DNA from: Candidatus Saccharibacteria bacterium QS_5_54_17
GTDB lineage: Bacteria > Patescibacteriota > Saccharimonadia > QS-5-54-17
Direction: 5' to 3'
Assembly: GCA_003022365.1 (NCBI GenBank)
Contig: PXOU01000019.1
Coordinates: 4,157 to 68,156 of the forward strand
DNA: 64,000 nucleotides
The translations under genes were made by a program, and so were the position numbers. Shown here piece after piece: positions 51,625 to 61,684 of the stretch. Every line of letters begins with the position of its first letter. Position 1 is the first letter of the stretch. The notes under the pieces are model-generated. The model saw nothing but the letters and a program-made list of their open reading frames with translations, was not told where the DNA came from and did no database searches.

Positions 51625-53567
51625 GGAAACCAAACAAACAGCCCCTCCGACAGCCGCCCATCCAACGCGGCCCCCAGCATCCGGACGTATTCAGTAGAGC
51701 GTCCGCGTGGTCCCGGGAGTTAACACCGGATGGGGTCGGTCCGGGGGGCAATGGCGAAAAGGTAATCAGCCGGAAATCCATTCTGGGGGTTATGGGGGTA
51801 AGTTTGGTGATATTTCTGGCACTTGTGACCCAATTAATACAGTTACAGGTGGTCCGTGGCGAGCGTTTACGCGGGGTCGCCGAAGGAAATCGGATCCGCA
51901 AACAGATCACCTACGCTCCACGCGGGCGCATCCTGAGTCGAGACGGGACGGTGTTGGCCAGCAACACGGCTAGCTTCCAATTATCGGCTACGCCCTATCG
52001 GCTGCCTGATTCCCCGGCCAAGCGGCAAGATATCTACCAACGGGTTGCCGGCATGCTCAAAGACGAGTCACCCCAAACCATTGCTCAGCAAGTTAAGGAA
52101 AAGGGGTTGGATCACCCACGTCCGGTGTTAATCAGTGAGCGGATACCACGGCCAACCGCGCTCAAATTGGAATACATGCTCCCCCAATTGCACGGGTTTG
52201 GTTTAAGTAGCATCCCCACCCGGGAGTACAAAACCGGCGCCGGGCTGGCCCATATTGTCGGCTACACCGGGCGCGTATCCCAACAAGATATATCCCAACA
52301 TCCCGACATATTGCCCAACGGATTCATCGGCAAGACCGGGATAGAAGCCTCTTATGACGACACCTTGCGCGGGCAAAACGGGGTGGTGAAAACCGAAGTC
52401 GACGCCCGCGGCAAACCGGTACGGACGCTCCGGGAACAGTCCACCCAACCGGGTGAAGATGTACGCCTGACCATCGACTACGGGCTGCAAAAACAGTTCG
52501 CCCAAGCCATAAAACGGCAAATGCGGGAAGCCGACGTTTCCCGGGCGTCCGGGGTAATCATGGATCCGGAGACGGGAGCGATACGAGCCATGGTCAGTTT
52601 CCCCAGCTTTAACCATAATCTATTCGCTGACGGCATTAGCCGGCAACAGTTCCAGCGGTTGAAAACCGACCCGGCCCAACCGATGTTAAACCGGGCTATC
52701 GCAGCCGGCTATCCATCCGGTTCCGTCATCAAGCCGATCGTGTTATTGGGGGCGCTGGACACGGATACGGTCAACGAGGACACCATCATTCATGATCGGG
52801 GTTCCATCACCGTCAGAAGCCAGTATGATCCTTCGGTTACGTTTACCTATGAGGGGTGGGATCCCAGTGGGCTGGGTCCTATGAACGCCCGGCGGGCGAT
52901 CGCCATGAGTTCCAATATTTATTTCTACACCGTGGCCGGCGGCAACAACACATTCGATGGTATGGGCGTGGACAACCTGGTCAACTACCTGCAGATGTTC
53001 GGTCTGGGTGAGGCGACCAATGTCGATTTGCCCAACGAAACCCAGGGACGGGTGCCCACCCCTGAATGGAAACGCGCCCAGCATGGGGAAGTCTGGCATA
53101 CCGGTGATACCTACAATTTGGCTATCGGGCAGGGGAGTTTACTGGTGTCACCGCTGCAGATGCTGCGGGCGCATTCGGCGATCGCCAACGGCGGCAACCT
53201 GATGCGTCCCTTCCTTGCCCAGAAAGCTCGACCCAAAGTGGCGGCCAAACCGGATATCACCGGCCGTGATTACCAGGTCGCCCGTGAAGGCATGCGTATG
53301 GTTACCTCCGGCAGCGGTACCACGCCGCCATCTACCTTTGCCGATGTCGAGGTAACCGTGGCCGGCAAAAGCGGAACTGCCGAGACGAACCCGGGTGTCC
53401 GCGACTCCCATGCCTGGTATTCGGCATTCGCGCCGTTTGAAAACCCGCAGCTGCAGGGGGTGGTGATACTGGAAGATGGAGAAGGAGGGTCGAAATATGC
53501 CGCGCCAGCGCTGGCGGACGCCTTCGCCTGGTATTTCCGCAGTCACGACAGCGACAGCCATGAGTGA
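51621..53567 (+). CDS. mrdA: penicillin-binding protein 2 (class B transpeptidase)
   Basis: SVIK (SxxK), SSN, KSGT motifs; internal ATG 51621 of ORF 51483..53567. Confidence 0.9.
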   Translation: MRKPNKQPLRQPPIQRGPQHPDVFSRASAWSRELTPDGVGPGGNGEKVISRKSILGVMGVSLVIFLALVTQLIQLQVVRGERLRGVAEGNRIRKQITYAPRGRILSRDGTVLASNTASFQLSATPYRLPDSPAKRQDIYQRVAGMLKDESPQTIAQQVKEKGLDHPRPVLISERIPRPTALKLEYMLPQLHGFGLSSIPTREYKTGAGLAHIVGYTGRVSQQDISQHPDILPNGFIGKTGIEASYDDTLRGQNGVVKTEVDARGKPVRTLREQSTQPGEDVRLTIDYGLQKQFAQAIKRQMREADVSRASGVIMDPETGAIRAMVSFPSFNHNLFADGISRQQFQRLKTDPAQPMLNRAIAAGYPSGSVIKPIVLLGALDTDTVNEDTIIHDRGSITVRSQYDPSVTFTYEGWDPSGLGPMNARRAIAMSSNIYFYTVAGGNNTFDGMGVDNLVNYLQMFGLGEATNVDLPNETQGRVPTPEWKRAQHGEVWHTGDTYNLAIGQGSLLVSPLQMLRAHSAIANGGNLMRPFLAQKARPKVAAKPDITGRDYQVAREGMRMVTSGSGTTPPSTFADVEVTVAGKSGTAETNPGVRDSHAWYSAFAPFENPQLQGVVILEDGEGGSKYAAPALADAFAWYFRSHDSDSHE

Positions 53568-53639
53568 GCACCAGGCCAGCTTGTGTTTTGCTGCTATGTT
53601 TGATTAAGTAAGAAGGGCTTTTAGAGTTCACCCCAAATG

Positions 53640-53668
53640 TTGTAAGGCGGGATGGGCTTTGGTAAAAT
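53640..53668 (+). promoter_or_regulatory. candidate promoter TTGTAA-17-TAAAAT upstream of greA
   Basis: Hexamers read from sequence. Confidence 0.45.
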
Positions 53669-53712
53669 GCGCCGTCCGCACCAGGATAAAGTGTGCAAAG
53701 GAGATAATATAC

Positions 53713-54171
53713 ATGACCAAACAACACCAACTGACCGAATCCGGACTAGAAGAGATAAGACAGGAGCTGGAGGAACTGAAACAGCGCCGCGGAGATGTCG
53801 CTGAGCGGTTAAAGACAGCCAAAGCGGAAGGCGATTTAAGCGAGAACGCCGATTATGACGCCGCGCTGGAAGAACAGGAATACGTGGAAGGACGGATCAA
53901 CGAGATCGAGGACATTATTCTGAACGCCTCAATCATTAACGCGCCTCAGAAAAAGGATGTGGTAGAGCTTGGCAATACGGTTGAACTCAAAGATGATGGG
54001 GAAACCTATACCTATACTGTGGTCGGCTCTCTTGAATCCGACCCAGTGGCCGGCAAAATTTCCGAAGAATCACCCATCGGTCGGGCCTTAATCGGCGCCA
54101 AAACGGGAGATACGGTCACCATTCAAACCCCGGGCGGCGAGCGCGAATGCGAAGTGACCAAGATCTCCTAA
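53713..54171 (+). CDS. greA: transcription elongation factor GreA
   Basis: GreA coiled-coil plus FKBP-like C-domain; AAAGGAG SD. Confidence 0.9.
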   Translation: MTKQHQLTESGLEEIRQELEELKQRRGDVAERLKTAKAEGDLSENADYDAALEEQEYVEGRINEIEDIILNASIINAPQKKDVVELGNTVELKDDGETYTYTVVGSLESDPVAGKISEESPIGRALIGAKTGDTVTIQTPGGERECEVTKIS

Positions 54172-54270
54172 GAAAAGCACCGGACTCGGGGAAGTAGCAG
54201 CCACTCGGAGGGAGCAACCGGTTTTTGTATAACGGGCAACTCGTGCCGCGGGCACCATACCTGGGATTAT

Positions 54271-54300
54271 TTGGTAGTTGCCGGGGCGGGCGTGCATAAT
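54271..54300 (+). promoter_or_regulatory. candidate promoter TTGGTA-18-CATAAT; -10 ends 7 nt before the lysS ATG
   Basis: No SD; geometry consistent with a leaderless transcript. Confidence 0.4.
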
Positions 54301-54307
54301 CAAAGCA

Positions 54308-55945
54308 ATGACAAACGATCTTGGGCAAAGCCAATTCTGGATCGACAGAGAAGTCGAAAAGATTATAGGGGAATTCCCGGAAGGGGAAATCGTGGTTTCC
54401 AGCGGCATCAGCCCCTCCGCCCACTATCACATCGGCCACTTCCGGGAAATATTGACCGCCGACGCGCTAACGTGGGGGTTGCGGCAAGCCGGTAGAGAGG
54501 TCGTCCATAAACACGTAGTCGACAATATGGACCCTATGCGGGAGCGGTATGATTTTCTTCCTGAGGAATACGGGAACTACATTAACTGGCCGATTTGCCT
54601 GATACCCAGCCCCGACGGATCGGGCAGTTACGCCGATTACTTCTACGACAGCTTTCAAAAAAACATCCAGGCCATGCAAATCGCTCCCGATACCGTCATC
54701 AAAAGTTACGAGGATTTATACCAAAACGGGCTGATGGCCCCGCAGATAGAGAAAGTACTGGAGAACCTCGGAACCATCAAATCGATTTTAGCCTCCTTCG
54801 ACCGAGAGTTGCCCCAGGATTGGACACCCGTCCAGGTCAAAGGCGAGGACAATCGGTTCGTCAACGCCCGGCCGGGCACCTGGGACAGGCAAGAACAAAC
54901 CATTGAAGGGGTGAGTTACGTGGACGGAGGCGCCAAGCTCAATTGGCGGCTGGATTGGCCGGCCCGCTGGCAGGTGCTGGGGGTGCAGGTAGAGCCATAT
55001 AGTATCCAAGAGCACGGGGCGGCGGGCGGATCATACGACACCGGCGTTGCCTTTTCCCGGCAGGTGTTCGGTTTTGAGCCGATGCTTCCGGCCGGCCGCT
55101 ACGGGGATATTCATATGCGGGGAGACACCAAGAAAATGAGCGCCTCCAAAGGAAATCACATCACCCCTGGACGGGCGTTAACCATCATGCCGCCCAGCTT
55201 ACTCCGGTACTTCATTGTCCGCAGCCGCCCGGATAAGCAGCTGGAATTTGATCCGGGCGAAAAGTTAATGGCGCTGTATGATGAATACAAAGAGGTGCAA
55301 GCTGCCGTCCAACGAGGTGATGATCATCAATTCCAGGATGCTTACCGTTTTGCCGACATCGGAGATTCGTTGACTGACGTACCGTTCAACCATTTAGTCT
55401 CAGTATATCAAGCCGGGCGCGGGGAGCTGTCCCGCGTTCGGGAATTGCTGGAGGGGACTGGATACCAGGTTGACCGTCAGGCACTGGAATCCGAGCTGTA
55501 TTATGTGGCGAATTGGTTGGAGACGCAGGCGCCGGGCCATCTTCGGTTTGAGCTCCAGGACGAGTTACCGGAAGTCAAACTCGGCTCCAACCAGGTCGTT
55601 TTCCTGGCCAATCTGGCCCGTTTCATGGAGGAGGGGGCAACCGGCGACCCAGAGACCATACACGCCCGGATCCACGAACTCAAAGACGCCCACAACCTAT
55701 CCGCCCGGGACGCCTTCCAAGCGATTTATTTGGTGTTACTGGGGCAGACCAGCGGCCCCAAAGCCGGGTGGTATTTAACCACCATCGACCGGGACTGGCT
55801 TTTCTGGAAACATAACAACTCCTGCCGCCCCTTTTTGGGCGCTTCTCTTCGCTGGTCATACGCCGACTCAATTACTTTTTCCTGCCTAGCCTGCCGCAGG
55901 CTTTTTTGCTTTTGTCCGCCTTATCCAATCCTTTATACTAGGGTT
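54308..55945 (+). CDS. lysS: class I lysyl-tRNA synthetase; no in-frame stop, frame continues into serS
   Basis: HIGH (HYHIGH) and KMSKS (KMSASKG) class I motifs; archaeal-type LysRS-like. Confidence 0.8.
55888..55914 (+). terminator. rho-independent terminator (stem AGCCTG/CAGGCT, loop CCG, then TTTTTGCTTTTG)
   Basis: Read directly; lies between the LysRS and SerRS coding parts. Confidence 0.6.
55911..55939 (+). promoter_or_regulatory. candidate serS promoter (TTTGTC-17-TATACT); -10 ends 6 nt before ATG
   Basis: Read from sequence; no SD. Confidence 0.35.
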
Positions 55946-57199
55946 ATGTTGGATATTGGATTTATCCGCGACAATCCAGACACGATCAAAGACGGCGCCC
56001 GAAAGAAGCACATCGACGTTGACATCGACCGGTTGCTGGAATTGGATGCCCGCCGCCGGAGTCTAAAGCAGGAAGTCGATGACCTGCGCGGCCAACGAAA
56101 TCAGTTATCCCGCTCGCCGGGAGGCCAGCCGTCCCAGAATGAGATAGACCAAGCCAAACACCTTAAAGCACAACTCTCCGGCAAGGAAACCCAGCTGGAG
56201 GAGGTGGAAACCGAATACCACCAATTGATGCTGGGCGTGCCCAATCCGCCGGACGCCTCCGTCCCCGAAGGCACGGATGAGGCGGATAACCACGTGCTTC
56301 GCTCCTGGGGTGATGTTCCCGAATTCGATTTTACGCCCCGGGATCATCTGCAGCTGGGCGAGGCCCTGGACGTCATTGACGTGGAAACTGCCGCGGAAAC
56401 CAGCGGCGCCCGGTTTTTCTACCTGAAGAATCAAGCCGTCTGGCTGGAATTCGCCTTAATCCAATGGATTCTGGGCAAACTGACGGGGAACGGATTTTCT
56501 CCGGTGATACCGCCGCAATTAGTACGCGGACAGATGATGGAGGCGACCGGCTTTTTCCCGGCCGACGCCAACGAGATTTATCACGTAAATCCGGGAGATG
56601 ATGATCTTTACCTTATCGGGACCTCGGAAGTTCCCTTGGCCGGTATGCACATGTTCGAACCGGTCAACGCTGAGCAGCTGCCCCGGCGTTACGCCGGATT
56701 TTCCAGTTGTTTCCGGCGGGAAGCCGGCAGTTACGGCCAGGACACCCGCGGGGTTATGCGGGTCCATCAGTTCGACAAGCTGGAGATGTTCTCGTTCACC
56801 CATCCGGATAATTCGTGGGAGGAACATGAGTTTCTCCTTTCCATTGAAGAGGATATTCTCCGGGGATTAAAACTGCCCTATCAAGTGGTCGATATTTGCG
56901 GCGGCGACCTCGGTCCGGCAGCTGCCAAAAAATACGATTGCGAGGTCTGGGTGCCCACCCAGGGTCAGTACCGGGAGCTGACCAGCTGTAGCAACACCAC
57001 CGATTTCCAGGCCCGCCGAGGCGGCATCAAGTATACCGGCCAAGACGGGCAGTCCCATTTTGCCCACACCCTCAACGGGACGGCCATGGCATCCACCCGC
57101 ACCTTGATCGCCATCATGGAAAATTATCAGACTCGGGAGGGCCGGGTTCAGATCCCGGAGGTATTGCAACCCTACGTGGGGGCTGAGACCATTGGGTAG
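55946..57199 (+). CDS. serS: seryl-tRNA synthetase
   Basis: MLDIGFIRDNPD start; class II motifs; N-terminal coiled coil. Confidence 0.92.
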   Translation: MLDIGFIRDNPDTIKDGARKKHIDVDIDRLLELDARRRSLKQEVDDLRGQRNQLSRSPGGQPSQNEIDQAKHLKAQLSGKETQLEEVETEYHQLMLGVPNPPDASVPEGTDEADNHVLRSWGDVPEFDFTPRDHLQLGEALDVIDVETAAETSGARFFYLKNQAVWLEFALIQWILGKLTGNGFSPVIPPQLVRGQMMEATGFFPADANEIYHVNPGDDDLYLIGTSEVPLAGMHMFEPVNAEQLPRRYAGFSSCFRREAGSYGQDTRGVMRVHQFDKLEMFSFTHPDNSWEEHEFLLSIEEDILRGLKLPYQVVDICGGDLGPAAAKKYDCEVWVPTQGQYRELTSCSNTTDFQARRGGIKYTGQDGQSHFAHTLNGTAMASTRTLIAIMENYQTREGRVQIPEVLQPYVGAETIG

Positions 57200-57244
57200 G
57201 GTGAGTGTTGCACCATATAAAAGGAGCAAGGGAGTAGACAGACT

Positions 57245-57610
57245 TTGGTAGAATTAAACATTTCCGGTGTCCATTTCGAACTTGATGAGGGTATAAAGGG
57301 CTACGTCGAGAAAAAGATCGGCGTCATGGATAAATATGTCCCCCGCAACGAACGCGGGGCCTCCCGCGGGGAAGTGGTGTTAAGTGAAGAGGAAGGCAAG
57401 TCCAAGAACCGCTACACCTGTGACGTGACGCTGTATATGCCGCACGAAACCATTACCGCCCAGGAATCAACGGTCAGCATCTACGCGGCGGTCGATATCG
57501 TGGAAGAGAAGCTCAAAACCCAGTTGCTCAAGCACAAGGACAAGCAGCAGAACGATCGCCAGCGGCGGCGCAGCATACGTATGCTCAAGCAGTTCAGAGG
57601 GCGGCGATAA
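57245..57610 (+). CDS. hpf: ribosome hibernation promoting factor (short HPF/RaiA)
   Basis: TTG start; S30AE-family-like sequence, 121 aa. Confidence 0.8.
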   Translation: MVELNISGVHFELDEGIKGYVEKKIGVMDKYVPRNERGASRGEVVLSEEEGKSKNRYTCDVTLYMPHETITAQESTVSIYAAVDIVEEKLKTQLLKHKDKQQNDRQRRRSIRMLKQFRGRR

Positions 57611-57669
57611 CTCGAGGTAATTATTGCCCATTTCCATAAAAAAAGTTGCTGACTCCTGTAGTCAATCCG

Positions 57670-57700
57670 TTGACATAGACGCCATTGGTAGTGCTATACT
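57670..57700 (+). promoter_or_regulatory. candidate nrdR promoter TTGACA-19-TATACT
   Basis: Hexamers read from sequence; overlaps and precedes the NrdR-box-like palindromes. Confidence 0.4.
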
Positions 57701-57710
57701 GGGAAGCGTA

Positions 57711-57727
57711 AGCACTATATATAGGGG
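57711..57727. promoter_or_regulatory. NrdR-box-like palindrome (core CACTATATATAG); weaker second copy at 57689-57704
   Basis: Resembles the published NrdR operator consensus, quoted from memory rather than checked against a reference. Confidence 0.4.
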
Positions 57728-57739
57728 AAACACACACCA

Positions 57740-58207
57740 ATGAAATGCGTAACCTGTGCCCATCTGGACTCAAAAGTGGTCGAATCCCGCGACATCGGGG
57801 ATAGCAGTTCCATCCGCCGGCGCCGCCAGTGCCTGGGGTGCGGGTATCGGTTCACTACCTACGAGCGGGTTGAGGTTCCGTATTTGATGGTTACCAAGAA
57901 AGACGGCAGCCAGGAACTATTCGACCGGAGCAAGCTCCTGGGCGGCTTACATAAAGCCATTCAGAAACGCCCGGTCGATACCGGGCAACTGGAGGAGTTG
58001 GTAGACGATGTGGAACGGAGCGTGCACGAATGCGGCGAGACCGAAATCGCCTCCTCCCGGGTGGGGGAAATGGTCATGGAACGGCTGATGAAACTGGATG
58101 AAGTCGCTTATGTGCGATTTGCCAGTGTTTACCGGAGTTTCACCGATGCTGCCAATTTCGAAGCAGAGCTGGAGCGGCTGAAGGCGAGTACCTCGGGGAC
58201 TCTTTGA
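57740..58207 (+). CDS. nrdR: transcriptional repressor NrdR
   Basis: Zn ribbon CxxC..CxxC plus ATP-cone. Confidence 0.92.
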   Translation: MKCVTCAHLDSKVVESRDIGDSSSIRRRRQCLGCGYRFTTYERVEVPYLMVTKKDGSQELFDRSKLLGGLHKAIQKRPVDTGQLEELVDDVERSVHECGETEIASSRVGEMVMERLMKLDEVAYVRFASVYRSFTDAANFEAELERLKASTSGTL

Positions 58208-58354
58208 CCGCGTGCCGTTTGTGTTACACTAAAACTACAAACGACACGAGGCTGAGGAGTTAACAAATATAAAAACGCTGCCAAAGCCGCCAACGCTTCA
58301 TCGGCTCAGCTGGCCGCCGGGTGATGGTAGGCGTGGCAGTTAAGGGAGGTCCGA

Positions 58355-61297
58355 ATGGATTTTGTCGACAAGACAGCGCTTGGGGTGAAGCGATATTTCA
58401 CCACCGAAGGGGTACACCCCTACGACGAATTAACGTGGGAGCGGCGCGACGCCCGGATTACCAATTTTCTGGACGGTTCGATCGCGTTCGAGCAAACCGA
58501 TGTTGAATTTCCCCAAACCTGGACGCAGAACGCGACCAATATCGTCGCCCAGAAATATTTTTACGGCATGCCCGGCGAGGCTGACCGTGAAGATTCGCTC
58601 AGGCATTTGATAGACCGGGTCGCCGACACCATTACCCGGCACGGCCAGCGGGAAGGCTATTTCATAGACGATGAGGAAGCGGAAAACTTCAACCAGGAAC
58701 TCAAACACTTGTTGGTGAATCAGAAAGCTTCCTTTAATTCGCCGGTCTGGTTCAATATCGGCGCCCCGGACCGCGCCCAACAAGCCAGCGCCTGCTTCAT
58801 TCTTTCCGTCGAAGACACCATGGAGTCGATTCTGACCTGGTACCAGGAAGAAGGCATGATCTTCAAAGGCGGTTCCGGTTCCGGAGTCAACCTGAGCAAA
58901 CTCCGCTCCTCCCAGGAACAATTGCAATCCAGTGCCGGCTATGCGTCCGGTCCGGTGAGTTTCATGCGCGGGGCGGACGCGGTTGCCGGGACCATCAAAT
59001 CCGGCGGTAAAACCCGCCGGGCAGCCAAAATGGTTATCCTGGACGTGGACCATCCCGACGTGGAAGAGTTCGTGTGGACCAAAGCCCGGGAAGAACGGAA
59101 AATCCACGCTCTCAGCCAGGCCGGATTCGACATGAGTCTGGACGGCCGGGACATGATCTCGGTCCAGTACCAGAACGCCAATAACTCGGTCCGGGTAACC
59201 GACGAGTTTATGCGGGCAGTCGAAAATGACGAAGAGTGGCAGCTGAAAGCTGTTAAAACCGGTGAGGCGATCAAAACCATCCGGGCCCGTGATCTCTGGC
59301 GCGACATTGCCCAATCGGCCTGGGAATGCGCCGACCCCGGTTTGCAGTTCGACACCAATATCAACAGCTGGAATACTGCCAGCAATACCGCCCGCATCAA
59401 CGGCTCCAACCCCTGCAGCGAATACATGCACATCGACAACTCCGCCTGCAATCTGGCTTCTTTGAACTTGATGAAATTCCTCCGTGATGACGGCACCATG
59501 GATTTGGATAGTTATCGGCACGCGGTGGACATTCTATTTACCGCTCAGGAAATCCTGGTCGGATATTCCAGTTATCCCACCGACAAGATCGATCAGAACG
59601 CCCGCGACTTCCGTGAAATCGGGCTCGGCTATGCCAATCTGGGCGCTTTGTTGATGGCCTTGGGGCTGCCCTACGACTCGGACGAAGGCCGGGCGCACGC
59701 AGCAACACTGACCGCCATTATGACCGGGCAAGCTTACGCTACCAGTGCCAAAATCGCCCGGCGGATGGGCCCATTTGCCGGATATGAGACCAATCAGGCG
59801 CCGACTAACGCCGTACTGGCCCAACATCGGGATGAGGTGTCCCGCATCAACCCCACTCACGTACCCGAAGATTTACTCAGTACCGCCCAGAGCGTGTGGG
59901 ATGAAGCGGTTGAACAGGGCCGGCTGCACGGGGTCCGCAATTCGCAGGCGACGGTCCTGGCTCCCACCGGCACCGTCGGCTTCATGATGGATTGCGACAC
60001 TACCGGCGTCGAACCGGATCTGGGGTTGGTCAAGGTCAAGAAACTGGTCGGCGGCGGCAGCATGAACATCGTCAACCGTACGGTGCCGCGCGCCTTAAAG
60101 AACCTTGGCTTCACCGAGGAACAAACCCAGGAAATTGTGGATTATATTGACGAGCAGAAAACCATCATCGGGGCGCCGCATATCAAGCGCGAGCACTTGC
60201 CGGTCTTTGCCTGCTCCATGGGTGAGAACGCCATCCACTACAGGGGACATGTCCGGATGATGGGCGCGGTCCAGCCGTTCATCAGCGGGGCGATATCCAA
60301 GACGGTCAATATGCCCGAGGACGTAACGGTCGACGATGTTGCCGACTTGCATCTGGAATCCTGGAAACTTGGATTGAAAGCCGTTGCCATTTACCGGGAC
60401 AATTGCAAATCAGGCCAACCGCTTTCCACGGCCCAAAAAGACGAGAATAAAGACGACAATCAAGATGACAATCAAGACGAAGACAGCGACAACCAAGCAC
60501 CGAGCACGGAGGACGACACCCAAGCAACGGGGGAGGGCGAGCCAAGCACCCAACACGGGGATTCCAGTTCCCAGGTGAACCCTGCCAGCCGTACTTCGGA
60601 TGCAGAAGCCGACTCCGGCGGATTCGTGGTTAAATCTCCCTTACGCCGGCAACCGCCCCGGCAGCGGACTGCCCGGATTTTCGAGTTCAGCGTCGGCGGC
60701 TCCCGCGGGTTTTTGACGGTGGGCGAGTTCGAGAACGGCGAGCCGGCCGAACTGTTCATTACCATGGCCAAACAAGGCTCAACCCTGAGCGGATTGATGG
60801 ACGCGTTCGCCATTTCAATTAGCAATGGCTTGCAATACGGGGTACCGCTGACATTCTACGTCCGCAAGTACATGGCCATGAGTTTCGCGCCCAACGGCAT
60901 GACCGACGACGCCTCCATCCCCATGGCAAGCTCGGTTGTCGATTACATCTTCCGCAAGCTGGCTTTGGAATACCTGCCTCATGAGGACTTGGTTGAACTG
61001 GGGCTGGTTGATAAAGCGGCGGGAGACGACCGGCAAGCGACGCTGCCAGTAGAAGAAGCCGCCCCAGAAGATGCTCAAGAAGACACCAGCCAACAGGAAT
61101 CGGATGCCGAGGGCATGGAAGGGGCTGATGAACCGGCCATGGATGCGGCTTCGGAGGCAACCGGCAACCACGGGACGCCGGGCGCCCAAAAAGAAACCCA
61201 TGACGCGCCGCTGTGCTATAACTGCGGCAACGTAACCGTCCGGTCAGGTAGTTGTCACGTCTGTATGGCCTGCGGCAGCACCACCGGGTGCAGCTAG
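58355..61297 (+). CDS. nrdJ: class II (adenosylcobalamin-dependent) ribonucleotide reductase
   Basis: RNR class II catalytic core; acidic low-complexity insert; C-terminal Zn ribbon CYNCG...CHVCMACG. Confidence 0.92.
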   Translation: MDFVDKTALGVKRYFTTEGVHPYDELTWERRDARITNFLDGSIAFEQTDVEFPQTWTQNATNIVAQKYFYGMPGEADREDSLRHLIDRVADTITRHGQREGYFIDDEEAENFNQELKHLLVNQKASFNSPVWFNIGAPDRAQQASACFILSVEDTMESILTWYQEEGMIFKGGSGSGVNLSKLRSSQEQLQSSAGYASGPVSFMRGADAVAGTIKSGGKTRRAAKMVILDVDHPDVEEFVWTKAREERKIHALSQAGFDMSLDGRDMISVQYQNANNSVRVTDEFMRAVENDEEWQLKAVKTGEAIKTIRARDLWRDIAQSAWECADPGLQFDTNINSWNTASNTARINGSNPCSEYMHIDNSACNLASLNLMKFLRDDGTMDLDSYRHAVDILFTAQEILVGYSSYPTDKIDQNARDFREIGLGYANLGALLMALGLPYDSDEGRAHAATLTAIMTGQAYATSAKIARRMGPFAGYETNQAPTNAVLAQHRDEVSRINPTHVPEDLLSTAQSVWDEAVEQGRLHGVRNSQATVLAPTGTVGFMMDCDTTGVEPDLGLVKVKKLVGGGSMNIVNRTVPRALKNLGFTEEQTQEIVDYIDEQKTIIGAPHIKREHLPVFACSMGENAIHYRGHVRMMGAVQPFISGAISKTVNMPEDVTVDDVADLHLESWKLGLKAVAIYRDNCKSGQPLSTAQKDENKDDNQDDNQDEDSDNQAPSTEDDTQATGEGEPSTQHGDSSSQVNPASRTSDAEADSGGFVVKSPLRRQPPRQRTARIFEFSVGGSRGFLTVGEFENGEPAELFITMAKQGSTLSGLMDAFAISISNGLQYGVPLTFYVRKYMAMSFAPNGMTDDASIPMASSVVDYIFRKLALEYLPHEDLVELGLVDKAAGDDRQATLPVEEAAPEDAQEDTSQQESDAEGMEGADEPAMDAASEATGNHGTPGAQKETHDAPLCYNCGNVTVRSGSCHVCMACGSTTGCS

Positions 61298-61393
61298 AGG
61301 GAGCCGAAAACCGCAGCGAGTCGGGAAAGAATAGGAGATGGGTGAGGATAATTATTCACCGCCCGCTCTTACGGGGCATGTTACAATACCCGT

Positions 61394-61657
61394 ATGGTTT
61401 ACATACTGTATCGGGGCCGCTCCGAACACGAACGCCAGGCAACGCAACTACAACAGCGGCTTCAGCAGCGGCGGATTTTTCCAGAAATGCTCGATGTCGA
61501 TAGTCGGGAAGGGGCGGCCAAGTCTCAAACCTACGCTATTATGCAATACCCAGCTGTATTGGCGGTGCGGGACACCGACGGCCAAGTAATCCAAACCTGG
61601 TCCGGCCAGGTGCCGACGGTCTCCGACGTCGAATTTTTTGCCCGCAGTAACATCTAG
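61394..61657 (+). CDS. NrdH-redoxin-like small protein lacking the CxxC active site
   Basis: NrdH-like layout (YILY..., FPEMLDVD, C-terminal TWSGQVP resembling the NrdH WSGFRP motif) with SEHE where CVQC would sit. Confidence 0.5.
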   Translation: MVYILYRGRSEHERQATQLQQRLQQRRIFPEMLDVDSREGAAKSQTYAIMQYPAVLAVRDTDGQVIQTWSGQVPTVSDVEFFARSNI

Positions 61658-61684
61658 ATGTCAGCTGCCGCAAAAACCAGCGTC

